A stretch of DNA of 64,000 nt from an uncultured virus (IMG/VR IMGVR_UViG_3300031951_000102) (Duplodnaviria > Heunggongvirae > Uroviricota > Caudoviricetes): IMG/VR virus record IMGVR_UViG_3300031951_000102, one strand, 5' to 3'. The notes beneath the pieces were generated by a model that ran no database searches, had not been told where the DNA came from, and was given only the letters and a program-made list of their open reading frames with translations. Shown here in pieces: positions 28,214 to 39,675 of the stretch. Positions within the stretch are counted from its first letter, which is position 1. Each line of letters opens with the position of its first letter. The translations under genes were made by a program, and so were the position numbers.

Positions 28214-29389
28214 TTATATTTTTATGACGTTAAAAAATCTATATCCATAATCCATCAAACTTCCCATATTATTAACCTCACCAAGTCTTTCAACATATTC
28301 CAATGCAGAATTTTTACCTCTTTCGATAAAAACATTAGATTGTACTTCAGGTTCTGAAATTACATTTAGTAAAACTTCATTTTTTGTAATAGCCGAACAT
28401 AATAGTTCATATGTACATCCAGATGATTCAACAATAAAAACTGTTTGACCATTACTATAATCATAATAAGTTATATCATTAAGTGTATAAGATGTGTAAG
28501 AACCATCAAATGAAGGTCCCCACCAAACGCCAACTGAACCTGAACTACCAGTTACTTGATACCCCATTTTGTACTTACCCGCATCTAATTCTGATTTTTT
28601 ACCATAAACTTGTAAATCACCCATACTTGAAAAAGTATATCCAGTAACTAAAAATGGAATTGTACCATACTCACAACAAGGAGTTTCTGTTTCACATATA
28701 GAATCACCAGTAAAAATATAATCATACATTAATGGTGTATTCGACCAACTACCTCCTGCCGGAATAAAAAATGCAGTACCATAAGGATTATCAATTACAA
28801 CATCTGTAAATGGTACATATATTGTTTTTTCAATCACATTATATCCCCAAGGACTCATTCCTGACATAGATATTTGGTATTCACCATCCTGTGAATATGT
28901 GTGTGAATAATAATTAGGTGCAACACTTGTAATTACTTGAATAGGACTTCCGTCACCCCAATTAATTTGATAATCACAAAATTCTAAGAATTTTTTAAAT
29001 TCAATATCTGAAGTATTAAAAAAATAATAAACATACGGATTTAGTGTGTCAGCACTAAATAAAAAATTAATCATTACATCTTTTTGTGTAATTAAACCAT
29101 CAAAAACATCATAAAAACCAATATCTACCGCAGTTTCACTTAAATAAATAGGAATAGTTAATCCAGTTAAAATGGAAGCACCATCTGTTCCTCCTGATAA
29201 AATTTCAGACATACTTTTATAAACAAAAGTATAACCAGTAGTTAAACCTGAAATAGTTTGTCCACTTACATCACAACATGGGTCATATGGTAAAGTATTT
29301 GAATATTCTCCTTGTACATATTTTACAAAAAAAATATCATTACTAATAACCTCAGGTGAAATTCTAATACTATAATTTATCTCATCCAT
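28214..29389 (-). CDS. Structural protein with PKD-like domain
   Basis: INWGDGSP..SHTYSQDGEYQI. Confidence 0.65.
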   Translation of the reverse strand: MDEINYSIRISPEVISNDIFFVKYVQGEYSNTLPYDPCCDVSGQTISGLTTGYTFVYKSMSEILSGGTDGASILTGLTIPIYLSETAVDIGFYDVFDGLITQKDVMINFLFSADTLNPYVYYFFNTSDIEFKKFLEFCDYQINWGDGSPIQVITSVAPNYYSHTYSQDGEYQISMSGMSPWGYNVIEKTIYVPFTDVVIDNPYGTAFFIPAGGSWSNTPLMYDYIFTGDSICETETPCCEYGTIPFLVTGYTFSSMGDLQVYGKKSELDAGKYKMGYQVTGSSGSVGVWWGPSFDGSYTSYTLNDITYYDYSNGQTVFIVESSGCTYELLCSAITKNEVLLNVISEPEVQSNVFIERGKNSALEYVERLGEVNNMGSLMDYGYRFFNVIKI

Positions 29390-30211
29390 TTAATTTTGTG
29401 GATTTACATATTCATACCAATTTATAGGTTGTAAATTATCACCTACTCTAAAATTTGTTAAAACATTATAAACTTTATAACTATAATTATTATAATCTAA
29501 AACAACTTTATAATAGAAATAATCTTCAGGTTTAAAAGAAAATCTATCCCCCGGTAAATTTGATTGTGGTTCAGTCATCATTTTTACAAAAACACCTGAT
29601 TTTGCATCAAAAAATTTAGCGGTCATATAAAAAGTACTAATATCCAATACCGTTCTATCTCTTAACCAATAAAAATAAAACCCTTCATTTTTCTTAATAT
29701 AATCTAATTCAAATGTTGGTTTTTTTATAAAAACATTATTCACCAAATCTATCATAGGAACTAAAATACTTTCATTTTCACCTTCCGTAACAGGTAATAT
29801 CACAGTAAAATAGTTTTTTTGAGTTGCCGCTTCTTGTGTATCATAAAAATCCAATTTAAAAAAAGATTTTGTAAATTGATTTACTAAAAAATAAATTTCT
29901 TCACCTGAAAATCCTTCAGTTATATAACTATCATCCCAATCAGTCGAAATAGACGTTGGTATATCCGTTGGGACCCCATTAAAAAAATAAAAATTATAAT
30001 AAATTTTTGTAACGTTATCTTCCCCATAACTATCATGTGCAAACCTGTCTATTTCATAATCTAATGGTGAACCAATGATTTCTTCTATCACAGTATTTTC
30101 GTATTCCTGAATACTATCTAATCGTCCAAAAAAATCCCATTTTAGTTGTATTGGAATATCAATGAATTTATTATTCGAAATAGGAAGTGTAAATTTATAT
30201 TTATTACTCAC
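29390..30211 (-). CDS. Hypothetical baseplate-region protein
   Basis: 273 aa aromatic-rich ORF coupled to neighbours. Confidence 0.7.
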   Translation of the reverse strand: MSNKYKFTLPISNNKFIDIPIQLKWDFFGRLDSIQEYENTVIEEIIGSPLDYEIDRFAHDSYGEDNVTKIYYNFYFFNGVPTDIPTSISTDWDDSYITEGFSGEEIYFLVNQFTKSFFKLDFYDTQEAATQKNYFTVILPVTEGENESILVPMIDLVNNVFIKKPTFELDYIKKNEGFYFYWLRDRTVLDISTFYMTAKFFDAKSGVFVKMMTEPQSNLPGDRFSFKPEDYFYYKVVLDYNNYSYKVYNVLTNFRVGDNLQPINWYEYVNPQN

Positions 30212-32015
30212 AGTCGTCTATAATTGGGTCTATAACATTATCAAATACCCTATAATTTGTACCTTCGGGTATTATCTTAAAAACTATATATTTAAAAGGA
30301 TGGTGTTTATTATTAATAAACGGAAAATCAACTCCACTACCATCAACATCTATGAAACCATAATCATATAAATCCTTCCAAACAAAAACATTTCTATTTT
30401 GTGAAAACTGAGCATAACTAGGAATATCAGCAACTTGACTTGGTAAACCATTTTCTAAATAAGAAGAAAATGTTCGTATTTGAACAGATGTATGTGGTTT
30501 GTAAAAATATCCGAATTGATTTAAAGACGTTAAATTATTAGTACCAATATTAAAAAGATTTCTATTAAAAGTTATTTTATGATATAAATCTGAAACAACT
30601 CTCTCGGTCTGTTCAAAATCATTCCATTCACAAAAATCACCATCTATTACATCGCCAATACTAAGTGTTTTGTTATAAACAAAATTGTATGGTACACCAT
30701 TAGAATCAACACCGTATTGTGTTGACAAATTGTAAAAATTATTAGGTATATTAGAATCAGAATTAGAATTAGTATAACTCCACCAATTACTTGGTAATTG
30801 TGTTACCGGATGAAGAGGTAAATTAAATTCCCAACCCTGTCTCATTCTATAAAACTCTCCACTACTATTTTTTTCACCTAATGTCCAACCAAAATAACCT
30901 TTCCATACTGTAGTAAAAAAAAGTTCACTTATAGGTCTCATTTGATTATCAATCATTCCAAAAATATCTATATCTTTTTGAAAACTTAATGTATAACTTT
31001 GGGACCCTTCTTTTACATTAACTTTAGGTTGACCACTATTTGTGTATTTAGATTTAAGAAATTGTTTTTTATTACCAAAAATATTTTGTTCAAATCCGGC
31101 TTTAACTAAAACTTGTTCATTTAAATTGGTTAAAATTTTATTTCTTCTAACATAGTATTTTGAAGTTGTTTCCGATAAATTATCAGGATTTAAAACTCTT
31201 TTAAGTGTACCATTCACGTTATCTGCAAATGTTGTCCCAAGAAATCCAGGATTTAAAATGTTAACAATATAGAATTCACTATTAACATTACCATTTCCCA
31301 AAGAATCTACTTGAAAAATGTTTTGACCATTGTATGATATACTTAACCTTATAAATTCACCGACATTTATCCCATGTTTAACTGGACATACAAAAGAAAC
31401 CACGTTTAAACCGTTTAACGTTGTATTTTTTATAATAAACGGAATTCCATCAGAAACAACCCAATTTATAATACTTAATGGATTAGAATCCATCTTAATA
31501 TACGCTTGCATAATTTTATTATAATCATTTTCATAAGCGTAACTTATGAAATTATTCCAATTATATGTCGAAGCACTTTGTGATGTAAATGGAATGTGTC
31601 TAAGTGGTGGAGTATAAGAAGAATCATAAATAGTATAACCTGTGACATCATTATCGGTTCTTATGAAATCAAATTCAAAATATTGTGGAAAACCATATAA
31701 TGTAAATCTATCATTTTCACAAAAATCTATAGTGTTTTGATTCAAATCAACATATAAATTATTATTGTAAGGTAGATAATTTGAAAATCCTGAATATGAA
31801 TTACTAAATAATACTTGAAACTTAGCGGTTGGCCTAAATAAAGTTGAGTTTTGTCGTTCATCAACAAACAGTTGTTGTAAATTTAAATTTACATTTCTAT
31901 CAAATTCCGTAAATTCTTTCGTCAATTGTTTAAAAGGCACTTTTAAAGATAAATCAGTATTTGGTGCCGATTTATATCTAAGTGAACCTAAAACTATTCT
32001 ATTTTCATTCCCCAT
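30204..32015 (-). CDS. Hypothetical baseplate-region protein
   Basis: 603 aa ORF coupled to neighbours. Confidence 0.7.
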   Translation of the reverse strand: MGNENRIVLGSLRYKSAPNTDLSLKVPFKQLTKEFTEFDRNVNLNLQQLFVDERQNSTLFRPTAKFQVLFSNSYSGFSNYLPYNNNLYVDLNQNTIDFCENDRFTLYGFPQYFEFDFIRTDNDVTGYTIYDSSYTPPLRHIPFTSQSASTYNWNNFISYAYENDYNKIMQAYIKMDSNPLSIINWVVSDGIPFIIKNTTLNGLNVVSFVCPVKHGINVGEFIRLSISYNGQNIFQVDSLGNGNVNSEFYIVNILNPGFLGTTFADNVNGTLKRVLNPDNLSETTSKYYVRRNKILTNLNEQVLVKAGFEQNIFGNKKQFLKSKYTNSGQPKVNVKEGSQSYTLSFQKDIDIFGMIDNQMRPISELFFTTVWKGYFGWTLGEKNSSGEFYRMRQGWEFNLPLHPVTQLPSNWWSYTNSNSDSNIPNNFYNLSTQYGVDSNGVPYNFVYNKTLSIGDVIDGDFCEWNDFEQTERVVSDLYHKITFNRNLFNIGTNNLTSLNQFGYFYKPHTSVQIRTFSSYLENGLPSQVADIPSYAQFSQNRNVFVWKDLYDYGFIDVDGSGVDFPFINNKHHPFKYIVFKIIPEGTNYRVFDNVIDPIIDDCE

Positions 32016-35000
32016 TATTCAAATGTAATAATATCAGTTTTTATCCATTTTTCTGTAAATAAATCCCAACTACTTTTTCCTCTACCAGCACCAAAGTAAA
32101 AATAATATGGTGAACCTTGTAAGATTGTTCTTCCTATTCCTCCAGCTTGTGGTGGTTGAGCACTATAGTTTACTTGAAGTGTTACCGGATTAAATGAAAT
32201 GATATTAGAAATATAACCTCTAAAAAATCTCGATTGAGATTGGTCAACTGGTTGCATATTACTATGAAGTGGATTCATTCTATCAACTTCTTGATATTTG
32301 ATTGTTAAAAATGGAGTGTTTACATAAAAATTAACCGCCCATTCATTTTTCTGACTACCAAAAATACTATCAGTAGAGTTACCTTCAAAATTAGGAAAAA
32401 TATTCCATCTGTAAAAAGGTACACTTTGACTTTTTGAACCAAAAACATCGTAAGCACAACTATTACTAGGTGACTCAAAAGAATTTAAAATTTTTCTTTT
32501 TGGTGAAATATAATCAGTTGTTTGTAAATTACTTTTAAAGAAAACTCCAAAAACCGAATTTAAACTATTTCCGTTTGAAAAATAAATTTCGTTGGGGTTA
32601 TTATAGACAGAAGTTTGAAATTGTGTAACACCTAATTGTGAATTAATCTGTAACATTTGAACATAATCAGCGTCCATTTTATTATTTTCTCTACTGAAAT
32701 AATAAAGTACAGGGTCGGTTACTGCAATCGGGAGAAGCCCCGAAATTGCTTGTAAAACTTGTCCAAAAGCAGTTGTCGCTATAAATCTGTGAATTAAATA
32801 CAAACCTAATAGTTCACTAGTGTCTTGATATGTTGTTGTTTTTAGTTTATCTGAAACATATCCACCATATTCATCACTAAATATTAATTCTTCTAAATAA
32901 TCAGTTCTAGGACCTAAATCAATAACTGTTGTTGGAAACATCAAAGTTTTTGAAGTATTTGAGTAATATTGATTAGTAATATAATTTAATCCTGATATAT
33001 TAGGGTTAAATCTACCAATAAACCCGTATGAAGTATTATATGGAGTACATCTATAATAATGATTATTAGTATCTATGTCCAAAAAAATAGTATGTTTACA
33101 ATAACAATTATATGGTGAGTTTGGTGGTAATTCTCCAGATTCTTGGTTACCAAAATTACTTGTAAATAAAACATTATTTGAAAATGGGAATGCAAATAAA
33201 CTACCGTTGAGCCAACTATTTGTAAACACATGATTAAATATTCCATAACAAGCTATAAAGCCTTGTCTAACTCTAAATGACCATTCAAAAAGATATTTTA
33301 TATCACTTAAAAGAGAAAGAATAGGATATCTTACTAATGTATAACAACCATTTTCAACAATGAGAGCTGGAGGAACACCAAGAGGATGTATTGTATTACA
33401 TGGATTATCTGTGGGTAATACTTGTATATATCCATCAGAACTTTCTTGATAACAATCCGAAGGTACCGCACCCGCACAAGTAAATGAATTAATCGCCCCA
33501 TCAAAATTACTTACTGATGAAGATATATCGGATAAATCCTCATTATAATCAACACTATTACCACTAAAATTAGTAACTTGGAATTCGGCACTAAATGGTA
33601 AAGAAACTCCATTATCCGAAACAATTTTAATATATAAATTTTTATTAATGAACAAAGGGTAACTATAATTACCATTATTTTCTTGAATGGTTGATGTTGG
33701 TAATCTATCCGACCTCATAACCATTCTTCTTTCATTTCCAATATTATTCAAAGTGAACGTCATTGTTGATGTTGTTGAATAACTTTCTGAAAAATAATAA
33801 ATGTCAGCATAAGCCGGAACTAATGGATTTGAAAAATCAGGTGTTGACGGAAATTCTAATATAGGTGTTCCGAGCCAATCCACATAAAATGAATTATTGT
33901 CATTTAAATATAATAAACCACTACCTTCAACAATTTCATTTAAATAATATCCTCGGTTTCTACCATATCCTAAAGTTGAAGGGGATTGTGTATTAGGATA
34001 ATTATACTGTAAATCAGGAGTTGGTGATGATGATGGTGGTGGAGTAGTTATCCAAATATTTGGTGAAGATTGCGCCAAATAATAAAGTTCTTTACAAAAT
34101 CCATTTGTATTGACAATTTTTAAACCATAAGATGATGACGTACTCGCTTGAATTGGTGAATTGGCGGTGTTATTATTATCAATTTTAGAATAAAAATAAG
34201 GATAATTTGTCTGATAATTTTGAAATAATGTTGTATCTGGTTGAAAATGAAAAGAATCATAAAATAAATGAATACCACTATACGGGTCTATAGTTGTGTT
34301 ATCTAATAACGGACTATGTCTTACATTTTTAAAACTTCCTTGTACAGGTATATTTAATTTTAAATCTTCCTGTATGACATATGAAGAGTTACCCCAAGTT
34401 GTTAAAAAATCGGTATTAAATCCATATAACCTACTTAAATCTATTTGACAATTTACTCTCGAAGAATTAGGGTCAACTCCACGAACTACAAAAACAACAA
34501 TTTGATTTAAAAAATCAGTAGCACATGGTGAATGATAAGATGTACGGGTTTCCCCTTGAGTATCATTCAGTTTAATAATCACATTATAATTATTTAAAAA
34601 TCTATTAGCAAATGAATCTGGGTTATTAGGGTCACTATTATCAATAAAATTTTGTACTGTTGATTTATGTATAATTTGAAAATATTCAACATCTGTTGGG
34701 AATTTTAAATAATTTATATCGTTTGAATCTTGATTAATAGTATAAATTGTCGAATTATTACCCGAACCATCAGGTTTAGCCCAAGTTAAATTAACGTTAG
34801 TTTGGTAAAATTCAGTCTCACCAACAGATATAAGAGTACCTATTGGGGTACCTGTTACAGAATTATTACCATAACTATTTAACGGACCTTCATATAGATT
34901 TGGGTCATTTGATTGTTCTAAATTTTGAAATGAAAGTAAATTTCCAATTGATAAATCCAAATCACAAACTGGATTTATAACTAAAGCAACCACATTATCT

Positions 35001-37279
35001 AAGTGCCATTGTGTGTTTGGGTCATTTTGGTTAACATCAAATGAAACTTTAATTCTATTCCATCCACCTCCAGGATTATCTCCACTTTCATCAAAATATT
35101 TCGCCTTAGTATTAAATAAATTAAGTCTTTCAGGTATTGTTAAACTTGATGTGAAAAAAACATTATTGTCATCTAATTCTTGTAATGTTGGGGCATGTGC
35201 GGTAGCACTTCCATTATTTTGTGATTGATTACCTGAAAATAAAAATTTTACATAACTAGGATACGGTAAACAATTTTCAAATGTAGATGGTGAGTAAAAT
35301 TTAGATAAACACGATACATTAGTATTATTTAAAGCGTCTGAAACACCAGGTGCATTTGATACATCCTCACCTGTTGAATCTGAAATCGAACAATCGCAAA
35401 ACTCACATTCTCCAGGTAAATAAAGTGGTAAATTTAAAGTAAAACCATCAAAAAGTAATTCTTCTAATTGATTTCTAAATTCAGTTAATTTATCACACGG
35501 TTCATTTAAAAATCCAAATGGAGATACTCCCAAAATTTCAATACCAGCAAGTTCACAAATTATAAATTGGATAAAAATAACGAGTGCTAAAAATAGTGTT
35601 AAAATAGCTTTTACAATGTGAAAAACTACTATAATTGGAAATAATATTATTGAAATTATTCTTAGAAAATAACTCGCTAAACCATATAACGCACTCGGTC
35701 TATATTGAACATCCGTAGCCGGTGGAGTATTTACAGGACCAACACATTCAGAACTAGTAATTTCTTTAATTGCAATATATCTTTTGTTGGCAGGTCCTTT
35801 AGCATATTCAGACATAAGTTGTGATACTGAATATACTTTATTATAAGACATTTCATAAAATCTATCCTCACATTTTATAGCTTCCTCAACCATTTGTAAT
35901 CCAATTGTTGTTAAATTACCATTACTAGCCCTTTGACCATAATCTAACCAATCTAAACTAAATGCGTATGAAGCCTTTGCGGCTTTATAATACCCATTAT
36001 CCAAACTAACTGAATCTGGTGGATTACAGTTAGTAATAAAAAAGTTCTCAAGATATGTCGGGTCTGTATAACCATCTGAAAAAGGGTCTTCTTGTGCGTC
36101 CCATCCCCATTCTTTTATATTCGGAATTAAAAAATAGGCTCTTCTTACAGAATCTGATAAATTTGGTGGCTGTGACCACTTTACTTTGAATCTATATTTA
36201 GCCTTTGTCGGTAACCCTATTTTAGGGTCAGTCGAAATACTTTTTTCACCATATTCATTAGTATATATATAATCCAAGTTCATAGGTAAATTAATCAACC
36301 ATGCACCATTTTCGTCAATACATTTACCACCTTGTTCTAATGTGTGTGATTCTAAAATTGGTCTTCCATTAGAATCTCTGTAAATGGTTTGTCTTATCGC
36401 TAAAATTTCCCCAGGTCCTGTTGTTAATGCACATTTATCCCCCAAATTTTTATTTACCTTACAATTTTGTTTTTGAACATATTCATCACTATTTGAAAAA
36501 ATAGACCCTAAAAATATTGCACAAGGTTCAATCTTAATTCCAAACTCTTCTAAAATATCAAAGTCAGTTCTTGTAATACCTAAATTACAAATTTCAGGTT
36601 GTCCCCACAAAGGTTCAACCTCTACAGTTCTATTTATTGTTAAAATTTGAGGTAAATCACTTAAGTTATTTGAACTTTTAAATTGTGTACCATTAACTTT
36701 TCCTTCTGTTGTATTACTTGTACGAATTAAATCTTGAGGTGATAATGAAAATTCACCAATATCTGATAAATCAATATCAACATGTAATGTTTGATTCCCG
36801 ACTGGTACTCCAAATATCATATAGTCACCACTTTCATTGGTTTGAACACTATACTTATAATATTTGTCGTATACTTCTTGAACTTGAGGATTTGTTAAAA
36901 CATCTTCTCTCGTTGGGAATGTTCCTGTTGGTACGTGACCTCCATGTTGTTGTGTATATGGTAAAAGATTATATCTAATACCATCATCATTTAATTCCGA
37001 TAATGTCTTGTATGGATAAAGTTCAGTTGTTACTAAATTAACTTCATCCTCACTTGTTAAAGGTATAAAAATAGAAACTTTACAATTTGGTATACCATAC
37101 CCATTGTTAGCAGTAATTCTACCAACAATTACCCCATAATCTGAACATTGTCTAGCGTAAATGTCTGATTGTAATATTTTTAAAGATAAAATTTCAAGAG
37201 ATTCAAACTCTTGTTCTAAATTTACCTTAATTGATTTATCAACACCAACTTGTGTTCTAATCCTATATGAATTTGACAT
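32015..37279 (-). CDS. Large structural protein with N-terminal carboxypeptidase-regulatory-like domain and central hydrophobic segment
   Basis: VGRITANNGYGIPNCKVSI..QTNESGDYMIFGVPVG; ~55 aa hydrophobic stretch. Confidence 0.7.
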   Translation of the reverse strand: MSNSYRIRTQVGVDKSIKVNLEQEFESLEILSLKILQSDIYARQCSDYGVIVGRITANNGYGIPNCKVSIFIPLTSEDEVNLVTTELYPYKTLSELNDDGIRYNLLPYTQQHGGHVPTGTFPTREDVLTNPQVQEVYDKYYKYSVQTNESGDYMIFGVPVGNQTLHVDIDLSDIGEFSLSPQDLIRTSNTTEGKVNGTQFKSSNNLSDLPQILTINRTVEVEPLWGQPEICNLGITRTDFDILEEFGIKIEPCAIFLGSIFSNSDEYVQKQNCKVNKNLGDKCALTTGPGEILAIRQTIYRDSNGRPILESHTLEQGGKCIDENGAWLINLPMNLDYIYTNEYGEKSISTDPKIGLPTKAKYRFKVKWSQPPNLSDSVRRAYFLIPNIKEWGWDAQEDPFSDGYTDPTYLENFFITNCNPPDSVSLDNGYYKAAKASYAFSLDWLDYGQRASNGNLTTIGLQMVEEAIKCEDRFYEMSYNKVYSVSQLMSEYAKGPANKRYIAIKEITSSECVGPVNTPPATDVQYRPSALYGLASYFLRIISIILFPIIVVFHIVKAILTLFLALVIFIQFIICELAGIEILGVSPFGFLNEPCDKLTEFRNQLEELLFDGFTLNLPLYLPGECEFCDCSISDSTGEDVSNAPGVSDALNNTNVSCLSKFYSPSTFENCLPYPSYVKFLFSGNQSQNNGSATAHAPTLQELDDNNVFFTSSLTIPERLNLFNTKAKYFDESGDNPGGGWNRIKVSFDVNQNDPNTQWHLDNVVALVINPVCDLDLSIGNLLSFQNLEQSNDPNLYEGPLNSYGNNSVTGTPIGTLISVGETEFYQTNVNLTWAKPDGSGNNSTIYTINQDSNDINYLKFPTDVEYFQIIHKSTVQNFIDNSDPNNPDSFANRFLNNYNVIIKLNDTQGETRTSYHSPCATDFLNQIVVFVVRGVDPNSSRVNCQIDLSRLYGFNTDFLTTWGNSSYVIQEDLKLNIPVQGSFKNVRHSPLLDNTTIDPYSGIHLFYDSFHFQPDTTLFQNYQTNYPYFYSKIDNNNTANSPIQASTSSSYGLKIVNTNGFCKELYYLAQSSPNIWITTPPPSSSPTPDLQYNYPNTQSPSTLGYGRNRGYYLNEIVEGSGLLYLNDNNSFYVDWLGTPILEFPSTPDFSNPLVPAYADIYYFSESYSTTSTMTFTLNNIGNERRMVMRSDRLPTSTIQENNGNYSYPLFINKNLYIKIVSDNGVSLPFSAEFQVTNFSGNSVDYNEDLSDISSSVSNFDGAINSFTCAGAVPSDCYQESSDGYIQVLPTDNPCNTIHPLGVPPALIVENGCYTLVRYPILSLLSDIKYLFEWSFRVRQGFIACYGIFNHVFTNSWLNGSLFAFPFSNNVLFTSNFGNQESGELPPNSPYNCYCKHTIFLDIDTNNHYYRCTPYNTSYGFIGRFNPNISGLNYITNQYYSNTSKTLMFPTTVIDLGPRTDYLEELIFSDEYGGYVSDKLKTTTYQDTSELLGLYLIHRFIATTAFGQVLQAISGLLPIAVTDPVLYYFSRENNKMDADYVQMLQINSQLGVTQFQTSVYNNPNEIYFSNGNSLNSVFGVFFKSNLQTTDYISPKRKILNSFESPSNSCAYDVFGSKSQSVPFYRWNIFPNFEGNSTDSIFGSQKNEWAVNFYVNTPFLTIKYQEVDRMNPLHSNMQPVDQSQSRFFRGYISNIISFNPVTLQVNYSAQPPQAGGIGRTILQGSPYYFYFGAGRGKSSWDLFTEKWIKTDIITFE

Positions 37280-37355
37280 TATATCTTTTTTTTGATAAAT
37301 AGTTTATTACCCAATTTTCATAAAAAGATACTAACTTATTATAATAAATAAATTA

Positions 37356-39194
37356 TCAAGAAAAATTAACAGTAGATAAATTTTTAACTCTTATATTAAT
37401 ATCTTTATTTGGGAACCGAATTTGATAGGTTTGACTTGGTTCTGCAAATATTGTATCATCAACTGGTTGTATTTCTTTAGTTGTACTATCTGAATACGAT
37501 TGAGATGTTTGAGAAGACGAATATTGACCTCCGACCTTATTAAAAAATAAAATATTAGTAACAGAGATAACTCCATTTTCATCTTGTATATATCTTCTTA
37601 AATCAGAAATATATATGTTTTCACCCATGTTTCTAACCGCAGGACTAAAAAATTCTGATACAATATTAATTATCTGAGATATGACACTACCTTGATTTTG
37701 ACTATTGTCTAAAACAACATCAACTGTAACCGATAAATCAATCACATTAGCACTTTCAATAGAAATATAATCATTAATCATTCGATAATTTGATAGGTAA
37801 TTCGCAACATTATTTTTTAATGTATTAGAAATAACTTCAGTCAAAGTTCCTGTATTATCAAAAGATAACATTTTTATTTTTATTTTATTATTATCTTCAA
37901 CAATCGCAACCTTCGCTGGTGCTCCAAATTGTGAAGGCATATTTCTTATAATAGATTCATAGTCATTTACAGTAACCGCTCTATTTTGAGCCGCAAAATT
38001 ATAAGTTACATAATTTCGTACTTCTTCTGTTGTAGGATTATTTGCTCCTCCGATTGCAGCAGTTACATTTGTACAACGTAAAGAATTTATTACTGAAGTA
38101 TTAATATTTTCTGAAGGTCCATTAACATAAAAAGAAACTGTACCAATTTGTGTTATTACATTAACACCTAAATTAGTTGATGTACCTCCACCAACACGAT
38201 ATTGAACAAATAATGTTGTATTAGATTTTAAAGTCGACCCTAAAGCAAAATTATTTGAATATTTGTACAGATTTAGTTGATACCCATTTCGAGCAAACTC
38301 TCTTAATTGTTCATCAGCCGATTGTGTACCTCCACCAAAAGTCATCTTTAAAAATCCTTCAGGTGTAAATTCAGTAATAAATTTAGTACTTGTTTGTAGA
38401 TATCTACCTACTTTTACACCTGGATTATCAGATACTTTTGTAGGGTCTTCAACAAATACTCTATCTTCAGCCAAAGCTTGTACTTCATACCATCTATTAT
38501 CTAAACCTAAAAATTCTTGAGTTGTTGGTACATTCGCATATTGTGTTCCATCTTTTAATAAAACACTTGTAACACCTAAAACATTTTTATCAGGTAAAAA
38601 CAATTCATAAAATGGTTTTACATCATTTGCTGTAATAACTCTTTTGTAAACTTTAGTTAATCCGTTAACAACGGTTTCTCTTTTTACAATAGTATAATTA
38701 ATTAATGTATTATTAGAATCAAAATTAGGAATTTTTAATCTATTAGGATAACCTTCAGCATTTGTTGGTGATGCAAAATCAATATCATATACAGTTTCAA
38801 AAATTTGTCCAGCACCTTGTGCTTGAGACCCTCTTCTAAGTATACCACAGTATCTCAAATCTTCTTTATCCCCAAAAGCCGGAACTGTAATAGAAAAATC
38901 AACTAAAGCCACTGAAGGTCTTTGACCCGGAATTTTTAATCCGTAAGTTCTAGCGATATTATAAATTGATGATTTTTGTTGAGCGTATTGTAATACAGTT
39001 TCTTGTATACTTCTATCAATATTGAACTGTAAATTATCAGTTACCGCAGCGTTTAAATCTAAAAGTGCTGAGAAAATAGATGCATCATTGAAATTATCAA
39101 TTAATTCAGGGTAATAAGTTCTTGTAAAATTTATTAACTCTGTTCTGATTTGTTGAAAATCTCTGGTTGTATACGAAATTTTTTTGTTAGCCAT
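37356..39194 (-). CDS. Baseplate wedge protein (T4 gp6 / baseplate J-like)
   Basis: DFQQIRTELINF, YRVGGG..TN, AAIGGA, QNRAVTVNDY; follows gp25. Confidence 0.88.
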   Translation of the reverse strand: MANKKISYTTRDFQQIRTELINFTRTYYPELIDNFNDASIFSALLDLNAAVTDNLQFNIDRSIQETVLQYAQQKSSIYNIARTYGLKIPGQRPSVALVDFSITVPAFGDKEDLRYCGILRRGSQAQGAGQIFETVYDIDFASPTNAEGYPNRLKIPNFDSNNTLINYTIVKRETVVNGLTKVYKRVITANDVKPFYELFLPDKNVLGVTSVLLKDGTQYANVPTTQEFLGLDNRWYEVQALAEDRVFVEDPTKVSDNPGVKVGRYLQTSTKFITEFTPEGFLKMTFGGGTQSADEQLREFARNGYQLNLYKYSNNFALGSTLKSNTTLFVQYRVGGGTSTNLGVNVITQIGTVSFYVNGPSENINTSVINSLRCTNVTAAIGGANNPTTEEVRNYVTYNFAAQNRAVTVNDYESIIRNMPSQFGAPAKVAIVEDNNKIKIKMLSFDNTGTLTEVISNTLKNNVANYLSNYRMINDYISIESANVIDLSVTVDVVLDNSQNQGSVISQIINIVSEFFSPAVRNMGENIYISDLRRYIQDENGVISVTNILFFNKVGGQYSSSQTSQSYSDSTTKEIQPVDDTIFAEPSQTYQIRFPNKDINIRVKNLSTVNFS

Positions 39195-39200
39195 ATACTA

Positions 39201-39659
39201 TTAAATATTAATTATTATAAAATCACTCGAGCCGAAAACTGTATTATTAACCACATAATCTATTTTGATTTTAGCAGTGTGTTCTAACTGTGAAATTCCA
39301 GGAACTCTATATTCTCTCTCATCATTATCATTTACTGTTGTACCTTTATTTTCCAAACCTTGTGACGCATCTTTTATTTCAATATTTGTAATGGTAATAT
39401 TTGGTAAATACATTTCAACAGAATCACGTATTTCAGACTCAATATCACTAAAAGTAGGTCCGTCTAAAGGTTCAAAAATAAATTCGTAAAGTCTAGTACC
39501 AAAATCAGGTAAATAATATCTTGAACCCTTTCGAGTTAAAATTAAGTGAATTAAACTTGACCTTATTTCTTCATCATTTGTTGCAGATAAACTTAAATAA
39601 TTACCATATAAAGAATCCCTAAAAGGAAAATTAATACCGTATGTTGTTCCTTGAGCCAT
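39201..39659 (-). CDS. Baseplate wedge / sheath initiator (gp25/GpW family)
   Basis: IRSSLIHLILTRKGSRYYLPDFGTRLYEFIFEP. Confidence 0.9.
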   Translation of the reverse strand: MAQGTTYGINFPFRDSLYGNYLSLSATNDEEIRSSLIHLILTRKGSRYYLPDFGTRLYEFIFEPLDGPTFSDIESEIRDSVEMYLPNITITNIEIKDASQGLENKGTTVNDNDEREYRVPGISQLEHTAKIKIDYVVNNTVFGSSDFIIINI

Positions 39660-39675
39660 ATCAGATAAATACCAA

